DNA of 64,000 nucleotides. Source: Spirochaetia bacterium (GTDB taxonomy: Bacteria > Spirochaetota > Spirochaetia > CAKZLE01). Of this stretch, positions 29,267 to 39,365 are shown piece after piece (within the stretch, counting starts at the first letter, position 1; the number at the start of each line of letters is the position of its first letter). The stretch is from the NCBI GenBank assembly GCA_963677595.1, contig OY782041.1, positions 3,360,001 to 3,424,000 of the forward strand, written 5' to 3'. The notes under the pieces were generated by a model. It saw only the letters and a list, made by a program, of their open reading frames with translations, did no database searches and was not told where the DNA came from. The translations under genes and the position numbers were made by a program.

Positions 29267-30433
29267 ATGCGAAGGAAGATACCGTTTCTCTTGAACCTCG
29301 TCACCGTACTGGTGATCCTCGGGGTCATCGCCCTGATCGGCCTCCAGGTCGTCAATGACACCGTCGAGAAGGAGGTTGCGGGACAGCTCGAGTCCTTCGT
29401 CTCATCGAGCGGCATGGAGGACCATGTCTCCTACTCCGATATAACCATGGATGCGGTCAACGGGAAGATCTCGATGTCCGATGTCGACCTCGCGCTCGAG
29501 GAGCAGCAGGTCATGGTGAAGGCGGGCCTCCTCGAGGTGATCCTCATCCCGGGCGAGATCGTCAAGGCAGCGGTGAACGCGAAGACCGGGGCCTTGAGCC
29601 GGGCCCAGGTCAACGGGAGTTCCATCGCCCTCACCGTCGCCGATTCTGACCTCCAGACCAGCATGGACAGCCTCAACTTGACCGTGACCGGCGAGGTCGG
29701 GCAGAGCCACCTGAAGAACGGGGACGCAAAGGTCTCAGGGGCCGAAGCCTTCGCGACCAACCTAGCCGTCAGAAGCAGAGAGCAGGGGGTGGACCTCAGC
29801 TTCGGGTCTGTCTCGATCGCGACGGACGGGGACTTCTCCCAGAAGGCCCTCGAAGGGAGTGATGCCAGGATCCACCATGCCGTGATCACCGCCGAGGATA
29901 TGCGCAGCGTCTCCGCTGATTCGGGTATGGTCACTGAGATAGGCTCCCTCGAGGCGACCGTCGACGGGGATGTGAAGCAGGCCCTCCTGAACGGGGACTT
30001 ATCGGTCCTCTTCGAGACGGAGAACACGATCCAGCTCACCCTCCGTGACACGACCGCCTCGATCGACCAGTCGGTGATCAGCGAGACCGACCTCATGGGC
30101 TTCGAGTCGGTCCTCGGTGCATTTCTCCAGGATGTGTCCGTCGAGGAGCTCTCCCTCGACATGGCGACCTCCCCTGACACGCTCGATGTGAAGAACATCG
30201 CCCTCGATTCGAGTATCCTCTCGGGTACCGGTGCGATGAAGGCTGCACTAAACAGTGAGCAGGACATGGAGTCAGTCGACTTCTCGATGGAGGTCGAGTC
30301 CCTCGATGCCGGGATCAAGAGCATGGTCGGGCCGATCTTCGCCTTCATGGGGAACCCCATCCCGGCAGAGGGCCCGTTCACCTTCTCCTACAGCGTCTCG
30401 CCGGAGGGCGGGGTGCAGATGCTCATCGAGTGA
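29267..30433 (+). CDS. Membrane-anchored beta-rich hypothetical protein with internal 46-aa repeats
   Basis: SD AGGAG; single N-terminal TM; alternating polar/hydrophobic strands; native codon style. Confidence 0.75.
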   Translation: MRRKIPFLLNLVTVLVILGVIALIGLQVVNDTVEKEVAGQLESFVSSSGMEDHVSYSDITMDAVNGKISMSDVDLALEEQQVMVKAGLLEVILIPGEIVKAAVNAKTGALSRAQVNGSSIALTVADSDLQTSMDSLNLTVTGEVGQSHLKNGDAKVSGAEAFATNLAVRSREQGVDLSFGSVSIATDGDFSQKALEGSDARIHHAVITAEDMRSVSADSGMVTEIGSLEATVDGDVKQALLNGDLSVLFETENTIQLTLRDTTASIDQSVISETDLMGFESVLGAFLQDVSVEELSLDMATSPDTLDVKNIALDSSILSGTGAMKAALNSEQDMESVDFSMEVESLDAGIKSMVGPIFAFMGNPIPAEGPFTFSYSVSPEGGVQMLIE

Positions 30434-30517
30434 GCTGATTCGTAACCGATATCTTACATCCCCATGACGGGGAATGTGGTATACTGCAGAATAGTAAAGT
30501 TGTGTTTGGAGGTTCCT

Positions 30518-30817
30518 ATGCAGAGATTCATGATCATTATCGCCTGCCTGCTCCTGCTGGCAGTGTTGACCGGCTGTGCCGCCGAGGCGAATGCCTTCGA
30601 GCAGAAGGTCGAGGCCGAGGATGAGGTCGCGGGGTTCTGGCAGGGACTCTGGCATGGGATCATCACCCCGGTTACCTTCATCATATCGCTGTTCAGCGAC
30701 CGGATCGGCTTCTATGAGATCTATAACAACGGCAACTGGTACAACTTCGGCTATGTCATCGGGCTCTCCATCATCTTCGGCGGGGGGAGCAAGAGTACCT
30801 GCAGGAAGAGGAAGTGA
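30518..30817 (+). CDS. Small hypothetical lipoprotein
   Basis: SD GGAGG; lipobox LTGC; AGFWQGLWHG...YEIYNNGNWYNFG. Confidence 0.8.
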   Translation: MQRFMIIIACLLLLAVLTGCAAEANAFEQKVEAEDEVAGFWQGLWHGIITPVTFIISLFSDRIGFYEIYNNGNWYNFGYVIGLSIIFGGGSKSTCRKRK

Positions 30818-31758
30818 TCCCCTCTTTGAGTTATGACGAGTTCCCTGCACGGGAGGTCTCCTCTGAGGGGATGCAGCGCATCGCTGCCGACACCTCCCTG
30901 CTCAATATCCGATGGCACCAGCACGTGGTCTATGCTGTAAGGGACGACAGACCCCTCCACCTCGAGATCCTCGAACCCTATCCCTTCGGCAGGGACAAGC
31001 CCGCCGCAGATGAGGTCCTTGACCAGTCCCTGCCGACGATCGTCTTCATCCAGGGGTCAGGCTGGCATGCCCAGGACATCCTCTCTGCGGTCCCAAGAGT
31101 CTACCCCCTTGCTGAGCAGGGGTACACTGTAGCGCTCGTGGAGTACCGTCCTACCGAGGAAGGAGCATACTTCCCCTCGCAGGTCCATGATGCCAAGGAG
31201 GCGGTCAGGTTCTTACGGCGGCATGCGTCCCGCTATTCGGTAGATCCTGACCGCATCGTCCTCTTCGGGACCTCCTCCGGCGGGCATACCGCATTGCTTG
31301 CCGCCTTCACCGGGGATGAAGAACTCATCGACCCTGAAGAACCCGAACCTGGTGAGAGCTGCAGCATCAACGCAGTCGTGAGCTTCTACGCCCCCGTCCA
31401 TATCGGGCAGATGCACCTCTACCCGACAGCCTATGACCATACGGCAGCAGAGAGCCCGAGAGGCTATCTCATCGGCCGGAAGAACGTCCTCGAACACCCG
31501 GAGCTGGTAGAACCCACGGTCATCACGAACTATGTCACAGCCTCGCGGGACCTGCCGCCGACACTCCTCATCCACGGGAACCGGGACCGCACCGTCCCCT
31601 TCGAGCAGGGCGTGATGCTCTATGAGCATATGAGGGACTGCGGCAAGGCCGTCGAGTTCTACTGCCTCGACCAGGCAGACCACGGGGGTATGGTCTTCTT
31701 CAGGGGGGAGCCCCTCACACTCGTCCTGGGGTTCATACGGCGCATTCTCGACCGATGA
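30814..31758 (+). CDS. Alpha/beta hydrolase (HSL-like esterase)
   Basis: QGSGW oxyanion region, GTSSGG nucleophile, HGNRDRTVP, ADHG. Confidence 0.9.
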   Translation: MIPSLSYDEFPAREVSSEGMQRIAADTSLLNIRWHQHVVYAVRDDRPLHLEILEPYPFGRDKPAADEVLDQSLPTIVFIQGSGWHAQDILSAVPRVYPLAEQGYTVALVEYRPTEEGAYFPSQVHDAKEAVRFLRRHASRYSVDPDRIVLFGTSSGGHTALLAAFTGDEELIDPEEPEPGESCSINAVVSFYAPVHIGQMHLYPTAYDHTAAESPRGYLIGRKNVLEHPELVEPTVITNYVTASRDLPPTLLIHGNRDRTVPFEQGVMLYEHMRDCGKAVEFYCLDQADHGGMVFFRGEPLTLVLGFIRRILDR

Positions 31759-31851
31759 TGCAGGCTGACCCAACAATCTCATCAAATTCTTACTCATTCT
31801 GTCATGATTTCTTAGTATATTGTAGATATCAAGACGTAAGGAGAAAGACAA

Positions 31852-32238
31852 ATGGCAGGGACATTCATGATCAAGAAGACCCCGAAGGGGTTCTACCGCT
31901 TTAGTCTCGCTGCGGGGAACAGCCAGACGATCCTCACCAGCAAGAACTACGCTTCTTTGAGTACCTGCAGGGCAGGTATCGAGACGATCAGGAAGAACTC
32001 CGAGATCGATATCGAGGACCAGACGCTGCAGAAACCCCAGGAGAAGAAGTGCCCGAAGTATGAGATGTACTTTGACAAGGCAGGGCAGTACCGCTACCGC
32101 ATGATCGCCGCGAACGGACAGAACGTGGCCATCTCGGAAGAGGGCTATGCCTCGAAGAACGGCTGCATCAACGGGATCAAGGCCATCGCACGGGCAGCAG
32201 AAGGTGCCGGGGTGGATGAATCCCTGCTGAAGAAGTAG
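31852..32238 (+). CDS. YegP-family protein (tandem DUF1508)
   Basis: Two FSL.AGN.Q.I..S..Y.S...C..GI units. Confidence 0.88.
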   Translation: MAGTFMIKKTPKGFYRFSLAAGNSQTILTSKNYASLSTCRAGIETIRKNSEIDIEDQTLQKPQEKKCPKYEMYFDKAGQYRYRMIAANGQNVAISEEGYASKNGCINGIKAIARAAEGAGVDESLLKK

Positions 32239-32259
32239 GGTACTTCCACCGCAGGGCGA

Positions 32260-33621
32260 TCAGTAAGACAAAGTCACGCGATACCGGCCGTTCTTCTTAG
32301 CTCCCTCCCGGACGATGAACTTGCGTTCTATCAATTCCTGCAGGGCTCTCTGCACGGTTCGTAGAGACAACCCCGTTAGGTCAGCCAGCTGTTTCTGCGT
32401 CAAAGTCCCGTCTTCCTTCAGTGCTTCCAGAACTACCTGGGTATTCACTGAAAGCTTGGTCCCGGAGTCATGGACACTGCTGTTTACACCGCCATTTAAT
32501 CCGCCATTTAATCCGCCATCGGCCTGTTCCTTCAGGATGGCTACAGCTTCCTTATTATAGTGGAAGCCTGCTGCGATGAAGTGTTCTGAAATATCGAAGA
32601 TGTCCCTGGGGTAGGTCCTCAAGATCTTCTTCATCCCTGAACCAAGCTGCTCACACAGGTCCATATCGGAGAAGATACGCATGAGCTCCCGGTTGCGGGG
32701 GTGTGACCTCCCTGCAAAGAACTCATCCTCAGTCATGCCGACCGGGAGACCCCCGCTTGAGACGACATCGATGCGGTCATCATATACTTCGACCACCGGG
32801 TATGAGCCGTGTATATAGTCATTATGGAGTATCGCATTGAGGACAGCCTCCCGCAGGGCATCTTTCTCAACGAGACGGAACTCTCTCCTTGCAGCTGCTC
32901 CACCGACCCGTACGATCGTGCTGTTGATGACTTCGAGCTTATCGAGGATCTGGTAGGTTGACTTGATCAGGCAGCTGCGGCCGTACTCATTGCGTTCGAG
33001 TATATCGAGCTTCTTCGTCCCCCGGAATCTCGCAACCTTCATCGAGTTGCCGTTGTTGTCTGCCATGAGATAGGCTGCATAGTTGTACCTGCCATCGTCC
33101 GTGAGCAGCCCGAGGTTCCGCAGGAAGAATTCACCACCGGTATCAAATCCTTTTTCGGCATAGTAGATCTTCAGCTGGGTGAACGATAGGTGCTGGTTCG
33201 GGGAAAGGGCATTGCTCAAGGTATGTGCAACCCGTTGGGAACGCAGCTCTGCTATAAGCTTCAAGGTCATCGGGGAGGACTGGGAACCGATACGGGTATA
33301 GCAGCCCTTTGGACTCATCCCATATTTCTTGAGGTAATAGGGCTTCTCCAAGCCCTGGGCGATGGTGAGGAAGATGAATGGGGTATGCTCATCATGTTTC
33401 ACTTCTACATTGAAAAGGCCTAATGTCGCCGGGAGGATATTGTTCTTGATCCGGTCTATGACGGCAAGGGCTGTCGAGTCCGGTTCCGGTATCCCGTACA
33501 CACCTCCATCATCATCCATCCCGATGAACAGTTCCCCACCGGAAGCATTCAGGAATGCTGCGACCTCTTTCTCAAGATCATCAGTGAGTTCCCGTTTATA
33601 TTCGACTGTCATGCTCTCCAC
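32260..33621 (-). CDS. Schlafen/AlbA_2 + HATPase_c_4 (RecG-C-like) + HTH protein
   Basis: ESMTVEYK, AFLNASGG.LFIG.DDDG; LREAVLNAILHNDY, SHPRN, EQLGSG; C-terminal HTH with REGAKKNG. Confidence 0.88.
   Translation of the reverse strand: MESMTVEYKRELTDDLEKEVAAFLNASGGELFIGMDDDGGVYGIPEPDSTALAVIDRIKNNILPATLGLFNVEVKHDEHTPFIFLTIAQGLEKPYYLKKYGMSPKGCYTRIGSQSSPMTLKLIAELRSQRVAHTLSNALSPNQHLSFTQLKIYYAEKGFDTGGEFFLRNLGLLTDDGRYNYAAYLMADNNGNSMKVARFRGTKKLDILERNEYGRSCLIKSTYQILDKLEVINSTIVRVGGAAARREFRLVEKDALREAVLNAILHNDYIHGSYPVVEVYDDRIDVVSSGGLPVGMTEDEFFAGRSHPRNRELMRIFSDMDLCEQLGSGMKKILRTYPRDIFDISEHFIAAGFHYNKEAVAILKEQADGGLNGGLNGGVNSSVHDSGTKLSVNTQVVLEALKEDGTLTQKQLADLTGLSLRTVQRALQELIERKFIVREGAKKNGRYRVTLSY
32489..32519. 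repeat. 12-bp in-frame tandem repeat (about 2.6 copies)
   Basis: CCGCCATTTAAT x2 + CCGCCAT, encoding GGLN-GGLN-GGVN. Confidence 0.85.
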
Positions 33622-33825
33622 GGTATTGTTCCTTATCGAATGATCATGAACAGTATAGCATGCATCCCGTATAGTGTCGCATCCCCAATCGAGGGTAGTC
33701 TCTGGGCATGGTCCCCGGTAGTGAAGTGAGGTTATCGGTGAATACGGTCCTGTCTTTCAATAAAACTTACTTAAATAGTCAGAATTATATTGACCCCCTA
33801 TGCCACCTATCAGTATATATGGGGT

Positions 33826-34398
33826 ATGAGTACACGAACAGCAAAGAATCTCCTCTTCATCATCACGATCGCCTTCTTCATCAGCGGCTTCGTGAATATC
33901 ACGTTCTCACTGCTGGCCCTGCTGTGCATGGTCATCCCCTTCATCATGGTCTACCGTGACCGGAAGCTCTCCTGGTGCCAGGGAGCCTGCCCCCGCGCAG
34001 ACTACCTGACGAAGATCGGCAGGTTCTCGCTGCGCAAACCGGTGCCGCGGAGCCTCGTCTCCGCGAAGACGCGGCAGATCGTACTCTCCTATTTCTGCGT
34101 CAACCTCATGTTCATCGGCCTGTCTACCTTTATGGTCTCCCAGGGGAAGCTCGCCCCCATCGACAGGGTCAGATTCCTGATCTTCCTGGAGATCCCTTGG
34201 AGTCTTCCCCAGCTGGTGGTACTCGATCGCATCCCCGATGTCCTGATCCACTTCTCCTACCGGCTCTACTCGATCATGTTCACCTCCACGGTGCTGGGGA
34301 CGGTACTTGCCATCCTCTATAAACCGAGGACCTGGTGCGGGGTCTGCCCGATGAACACGATGAGTGCCAATGTCCTGAGGAACCTGAAGAGGGGTTAG
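33826..34398 (+). CDS. Membrane 4Fe-4S-binding protein (NapH/Fer4_5-like)
   Basis: WCQGACP and WCGVCPM motifs between TM helices. Confidence 0.8.
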   Translation: MSTRTAKNLLFIITIAFFISGFVNITFSLLALLCMVIPFIMVYRDRKLSWCQGACPRADYLTKIGRFSLRKPVPRSLVSAKTRQIVLSYFCVNLMFIGLSTFMVSQGKLAPIDRVRFLIFLEIPWSLPQLVVLDRIPDVLIHFSYRLYSIMFTSTVLGTVLAILYKPRTWCGVCPMNTMSANVLRNLKRG

Positions 34399-35306
34399 TC
34401 TGACCCCTTCGCATCGTGGATCGCCTTCCGCTCCAGGTAGGTCCTGCGGAAGTCGGTCGGGGTGAACTGGGTGTAGTTGTGGAATACCGTACAGAAGTAG
34501 TTGCTCGAGGAGAACCCGGCATCCAGGGCGATCTGGGTGATCGGCAGGTCGGTCCCAGCAAGCTGGAGCTTCGCGTACTCCAGTTTCTTGAAGGTGATAT
34601 AGTTCGCCGGGGTGATCCCGACGACCTCCTTGAACTTGCCCTTGAACCTGGAGAGCGAGTAGCCTGAGATAGCGGCAAGCTCCTTGAGATGCAGGGCTTC
34701 CCGGTACTGCCGGTCGATATGGTCTAGCACCCGCTTTATGTTCTCATCGGTTATGTTCTTCTCCTTCCTGATCGGGATGAACTCCGGGATCTTGAAGAGG
34801 AAGCAGCTCAGGTACTGTACCCCGAGCATCACCGTCGCGGGTTCCCCGTCGCTGATGTTCTCGAAGGCAAGGCTGAGCAGTTTCTCATCGCTCGAGGTGT
34901 ACCGCAGGTGCCGGTGTTCGAGGGTCGTGAGGATCTCGAAGAGGGCCAGCGAGTATTCACGGTTGAGCCCGAGGAGGTGCTCCCTGCTGCTGACATCGAT
35001 CTGGAACCCGTAGAAGGAGCAGGGACTCAGGTCATTGGCGCTCGTGTAATGGGGTTCATAGGGGAAGGTGATCAACATCTCGTTCCCGGTCAGGGAGTAG
35101 GTCTTCCCATGGACATGACTGGTCCTCCGCCCCTTGACCATGCAGTGGAGCTCCAGGATGTCGGGGTGGTGGTGCAGCGGTGCCGGCTTCAAGGCCGTGG
35201 GCATGTTCCAGTAGGCCACATTCTTCAGCCCCTGTATCCCGTGCATGTCGCAGGTCAGGATCTTGTTATGCTTCTCCCAGCAGAATTCATCAATGATCTC
35301 CAGCAA
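34395..35306 (-). CDS. AraC-family regulator (cupin + HTH)
   Basis: HHHPDILELH...PYEPH cupin; AGFSSSNYFCTVF; TTG start with SD GGAGGAG. Confidence 0.92.
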   Translation of the reverse strand: MLEIIDEFCWEKHNKILTCDMHGIQGLKNVAYWNMPTALKPAPLHHHPDILELHCMVKGRRTSHVHGKTYSLTGNEMLITFPYEPHYTSANDLSPCSFYGFQIDVSSREHLLGLNREYSLALFEILTTLEHRHLRYTSSDEKLLSLAFENISDGEPATVMLGVQYLSCFLFKIPEFIPIRKEKNITDENIKRVLDHIDRQYREALHLKELAAISGYSLSRFKGKFKEVVGITPANYITFKKLEYAKLQLAGTDLPITQIALDAGFSSSNYFCTVFHNYTQFTPTDFRRTYLERKAIHDAKGSD

Positions 35307-35441
35307 TATCAGCTCCTCCGATGTTTGAAATAGTACTAAAGATAAACCTGAATGTTCCAGTACACTAATCTCATTATACTACAGATACCGTTGAATCAGA
35401 CAAAAAAACAATCGTTATAGATTACAGGAAGGATGTGGGAG

Positions 35442-36368
35442 ATGAGCAGATCAATTTCCAGCGGTGTATGGCCGGTCATGATTACCCCGTACACGGAAGA
35501 CAATAAGATCGATTATGATGGTGTCCTGGAAATACTCCAGTGGTATGCTTCCCAGAAGGTCACCGGCATCTTCGCCGTATGCCAGTCGAGTGAGATGTTC
35601 TTCCTCTCGAAGGAGGAGCGGTTCGAGCTGGCCTCCTTCATCATCAAGAACAGGCCGAAAGGACTGGGCATCGTGGTGTCAGGCCATGTCGCCCCGACCC
35701 TGGAGGAGCAGATCTCCGAAGCCCAGAGCATGGTCGATGCAGGTGCTGACTCCTATGTCTTCATCTCCAACCAGTTCGCAGCCCCGGAGGAGGGTGATGA
35801 TGTCGCAAAACGCCATATCGAGGCCCTGATCACCGGTGTGAAGGCTGACAGCTTCGGCATCTATGAGTGCCCGTACCCCTACAAGCGGCTCATGTCCCCC
35901 GAACTCCTGGCGTGGTGCGCAGGGACCGGCCGGTTCAGCTTCCTCAAGGATACCTGCTGCAGCCTGCCCGAGCTGAAGGCGAAAGTCCAGGCAGTCGAGG
36001 GTACCCCCTTAAAGATCTTCAACGCCAATGCGGCGACCCTGCTCGAGAGCCTTCGGATGGGGATCTCAGGCTACAGCGGCGTCATGGCGAACTTCCATGC
36101 AGATCTCTACAGCTGGCTGTGCGCGAACTACCAGAAGGAGCCGAAGAAGGCTGAAGTACTGCAGGACCTCCTGGGGTTCGCCAGCACCATCGAGTGCCAG
36201 TACTACCCCGTCAACTCGAAGTACCACATGGAACTCGAGGGGCTGGACATCAACCTCTTCAGCCGGGTGCAGGACTTCACCAAGTTCACCCCCAGCCGCC
36301 AGATGGAAGTCGAGCAGATGCGCAGGTCGGTGAACCTCATGCGTTCACAGATTGGTATTTGGAATTAG
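35442..36368 (+). CDS. DHDPS/NAL-family aldolase or dehydratase
   Basis: PVMITPY, CQSSE in place of GTTGE, IYECP, Schiff-base lysine in LKDT. Confidence 0.85.
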   Translation: MSRSISSGVWPVMITPYTEDNKIDYDGVLEILQWYASQKVTGIFAVCQSSEMFFLSKEERFELASFIIKNRPKGLGIVVSGHVAPTLEEQISEAQSMVDAGADSYVFISNQFAAPEEGDDVAKRHIEALITGVKADSFGIYECPYPYKRLMSPELLAWCAGTGRFSFLKDTCCSLPELKAKVQAVEGTPLKIFNANAATLLESLRMGISGYSGVMANFHADLYSWLCANYQKEPKKAEVLQDLLGFASTIECQYYPVNSKYHMELEGLDINLFSRVQDFTKFTPSRQMEVEQMRRSVNLMRSQIGIWN

Positions 36369-36410
36369 ACCCGTTACAGGGTATAATAAATAAAAAACAA
36401 GGAGCTAACT

Positions 36411-37421
36411 ATGAAAAAGATCGCTTTGCTGATGATGGTTCTCGTACTGGCAACCGGATCACTGATCTGGGCCCAGGGATCACAGGAACCCGAAGGTATC
36501 AAGCCCGTAGAACTTATCTTCACCTCAGTCTCGATCCCGGGAGATTCCCATACCGAGGCTATGTATGCATTCGAGGAGAAGTGTGAAGAACTCTCCGGCG
36601 GGTCAATCGACGTCAAGGTCTATGACAGTGCTACTCTCTTCACCCAGGAGAACGAGTACGATGCCCTGATCAGCGGACAGGCTGACATGGCGTACATCTC
36701 ATTCCCGACACTCGCTACCCAGATCCCCTCATTCAGTATGTTCGGGTCAGGATACTTCTTCAGTTCATACGACCACATGACTTCAGTCCTCAACGGCGAC
36801 ATCGCCAAGTATAACATCTGGCCGGACGTCAGGAAGCTCGGTCTCGAGCCCCTCGGCAGCATGTACCTCGGTTCACGTGTCGTGAACACCAAGGACAAGA
36901 AGATCGACAGCTATGATGACATGAAGGGCGTCCTCCTGCGAATGCCTGGTTCAGAGTCATGGCTCTTCTTAGGGAAGGCCCTCGGCGCAAACCCGACCCC
37001 TCTCTCCTTCAGCGAGCTCTACACCGCACTCCAGACTGGTGCTGTCGGTGGACAGGACAACCCGCTCCCGACAGTCGAGAGTGCTAAGTTCTATGAGGTA
37101 ACCAAGTACCTGGCAATCACCAACCACGTCATCGACTCCATCATGCCCTGTGTCAACATGGACAAGTGGAACTCACTGACTGCTGACCAGCAGGCTGCCG
37201 TCAAGGAAGCTGCTACCTATGCTATCGCAGTCAATGACAAGGAGAGGATCGACCGTGAGAACAACCTCGTGGCATTCTTCGAGAGCGAAGGCCTCACCGT
37301 TACCCATCCTGACATCACTGAGTTCAGGGACAACGTTCAGGCTGCATACGCTGCCAACACTGCCATGACCTCAACCTGGGATATGGACCTGTACAACAAA
37401 GTCCAGGCAATGGCTAAATAA
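36411..37421 (+). CDS. dctP: TRAP transporter substrate-binding protein
   Basis: Signal IWAQGSQE; LRMPGS, ANPTPLSFSELYTALQTGAVGGQDNP. Confidence 0.93.
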   Translation: MKKIALLMMVLVLATGSLIWAQGSQEPEGIKPVELIFTSVSIPGDSHTEAMYAFEEKCEELSGGSIDVKVYDSATLFTQENEYDALISGQADMAYISFPTLATQIPSFSMFGSGYFFSSYDHMTSVLNGDIAKYNIWPDVRKLGLEPLGSMYLGSRVVNTKDKKIDSYDDMKGVLLRMPGSESWLFLGKALGANPTPLSFSELYTALQTGAVGGQDNPLPTVESAKFYEVTKYLAITNHVIDSIMPCVNMDKWNSLTADQQAAVKEAATYAIAVNDKERIDRENNLVAFFESEGLTVTHPDITEFRDNVQAAYAANTAMTSTWDMDLYNKVQAMAK

Positions 37422-37458
37422 CCGTCTGACTTAAGACGATTTATCACACGCAACATTC

Positions 37459-37532
37459 GGTATGGAGTGACTTCTGCCTAGGGAGTCCTCCATACCTGTA
37501 TATGAAACAACCCAGCCCGCATCCGGGCTGGG
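37459..37532 (+). terminator. Two stem-loops between dctP and dctQ
   Basis: GGTATGGAG/CTCCATACC (37459-37496) and CCCAGCCCG/CGGGCTGGG (37511-37532). Confidence 0.6.
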
Positions 37533-37560
37533 AACACACGGTAGGAAGTAGGAAAAAATA

Positions 37561-38070
37561 ATGGATGTGCTAAAGAAGATCGGTAAGGCTGTGATGTACC
37601 TGCTCGGTACCATCATCCCGAACCTGACGTTTCTCCTGATCTTCGTCACCTTCATGGTGACGATCGTATCTCGCTATGTATTGAAGACCCCGGTACCCTG
37701 GGCGTATGAGATCAGTATCCTCGCTTATATGTGGACGATGTTCTTCGGAGTAGGAAGAGCCATGAAGCATGATGAGCACGTTGTGTTCGGACTGGTCTAT
37801 GACAGTGTGGGGCCGAGGATGAAGATCGTCTTCGAGATCCTGAGCAGCCTCATCCTTGTAGCCCTGCTGTCTATCGTGTTCATCCCATCGGTCCACTCCC
37901 TCCTGGGGAAGAAGATGGTGACGGGAGTATTGAAGATGCCCTACACGGTCGTCTTCTCCCCGCTGATCTACATGTTCGCAGAGATGCTCGTCAGGAGCGT
38001 CATGGGGTCGGTGAGACACATCAAGAACCTGCGTAACGAACTGACCAAGAAGGAAGGTGAGCTGTCATGA
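37561..38070 (+). CDS. dctQ: TRAP transporter small permease
   Basis: Four TM; SRY...WAYEI...HV motifs. Confidence 0.9.
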   Translation: MDVLKKIGKAVMYLLGTIIPNLTFLLIFVTFMVTIVSRYVLKTPVPWAYEISILAYMWTMFFGVGRAMKHDEHVVFGLVYDSVGPRMKIVFEILSSLILVALLSIVFIPSVHSLLGKKMVTGVLKMPYTVVFSPLIYMFAEMLVRSVMGSVRHIKNLRNELTKKEGELS

Positions 38071-39347
38071 ATATTGTACTGATCCTGTTTCTCGTCCTGG
38101 CGCTCTGCTTCATCATCAGGATGCCGGTATCCATGGCGATGCTCTCTGCTTCGATCGCCTATTTCATCCTGAGCGGACGGTCCCTCGAGCAGGTGTTCAC
38201 GGTCATGACCGGGAACATGTTCTCGAACTACACGATGCTCGCGGCCCCGCTCTTCATCTTCATGGCGAACGTCATGAACGAAGGCGAGGTGACCGACAAG
38301 CTCTTCAAGTTCTGTAATGGTCTTTTCGGGAGACTTCGCGGCGGTACCGCACAGGTGAACGTCGCTGCCTCCCTCATATTCTCAGGCATGACCGGTTCGG
38401 CTATCGCCGATGCATCCGGTATCGGGCTCATGGAGATCGAGCAGATGAAGAAGGAAGGGTACGATCCCGCCTTCAGCTGCGCACTCACCGCTGCCTCGGC
38501 AACCGTCGGGCCGATCTTCCCACCGAGTATCCCGATGGTCATCTATGCCATGCTCTCCGGTGCCTCGATCGGGAAGCTCTTCATGGGCGGTATGATCCCC
38601 GGGATCCTCCTCTCGATCGTGCTCATGCTCTACGTAGCGTTCATCTCCGCGAAGCGGAAGTATCCGCGAGGCGAACAGATGGCTGTCCGTCAGTTCATCC
38701 GGGTATCCATCACTGCCTTCCCGGCGTTATTCACCGTCATACTCCTCCTCGGGGGTATCTACCTCGGTGTCGTGACCCCGACGGAAGCAGGGGCCCTCGC
38801 ATCTTCCTACGCGATCCTCATCTCGGTCCTCCTCTACCGGAACCTCGGGCCTGAGAAGTTCTGGAGGATCATCAAGAAGAGTGCAGCCAACACCGCGACC
38901 CTCGCGCTGCTTGCCGGTACCTCGATGCTCTTCAGCTACATCATCGCACTCGAGCAGGTGCCGAGAGCGGTAGCATCGGTCGTCATGGGGATCACCGAGA
39001 ACAAGATGGTCTTCCTCATGGTCGTCAATGTCGTATTCCTCCTGCTCGGCTGTGTCCTTGATGTCAGCACGATCCAGCTGGTGTTCGTACCGATGGTCCT
39101 CCCCCTGGTGAGGGCGTTCGGGATCGACCTGGTCCACTTCGGCGTCATCATCTGCTTCAACATGATGATCGGACTGTCAACGCCACCGTTCGGTATGCTG
39201 CTCTTCATAGTCGCGGGACTTGGCAAGACCAAGATAAGCGGGGTCATACGGGAGATCATACCGATGATCATCGTCATGATCATCGTTTTGGTGCTGATCA
39301 CCTATGTGCCGGATATCGTGATGTACATCCCCAACCGGTTCATGTAG
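38067..39347 (+). CDS. dctM: TRAP transporter large permease
   Basis: SGMTGSAIAD, FPPSIPM, TPTEAG, GLSTPPFG. Confidence 0.93.
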   Translation: MNIVLILFLVLALCFIIRMPVSMAMLSASIAYFILSGRSLEQVFTVMTGNMFSNYTMLAAPLFIFMANVMNEGEVTDKLFKFCNGLFGRLRGGTAQVNVAASLIFSGMTGSAIADASGIGLMEIEQMKKEGYDPAFSCALTAASATVGPIFPPSIPMVIYAMLSGASIGKLFMGGMIPGILLSIVLMLYVAFISAKRKYPRGEQMAVRQFIRVSITAFPALFTVILLLGGIYLGVVTPTEAGALASSYAILISVLLYRNLGPEKFWRIIKKSAANTATLALLAGTSMLFSYIIALEQVPRAVASVVMGITENKMVFLMVVNVVFLLLGCVLDVSTIQLVFVPMVLPLVRAFGIDLVHFGVIICFNMMIGLSTPPFGMLLFIVAGLGKTKISGVIREIIPMIIVMIIVLVLITYVPDIVMYIPNRFM

Positions 39348-39365
39348 CTGCAGCACACCGGCTGA

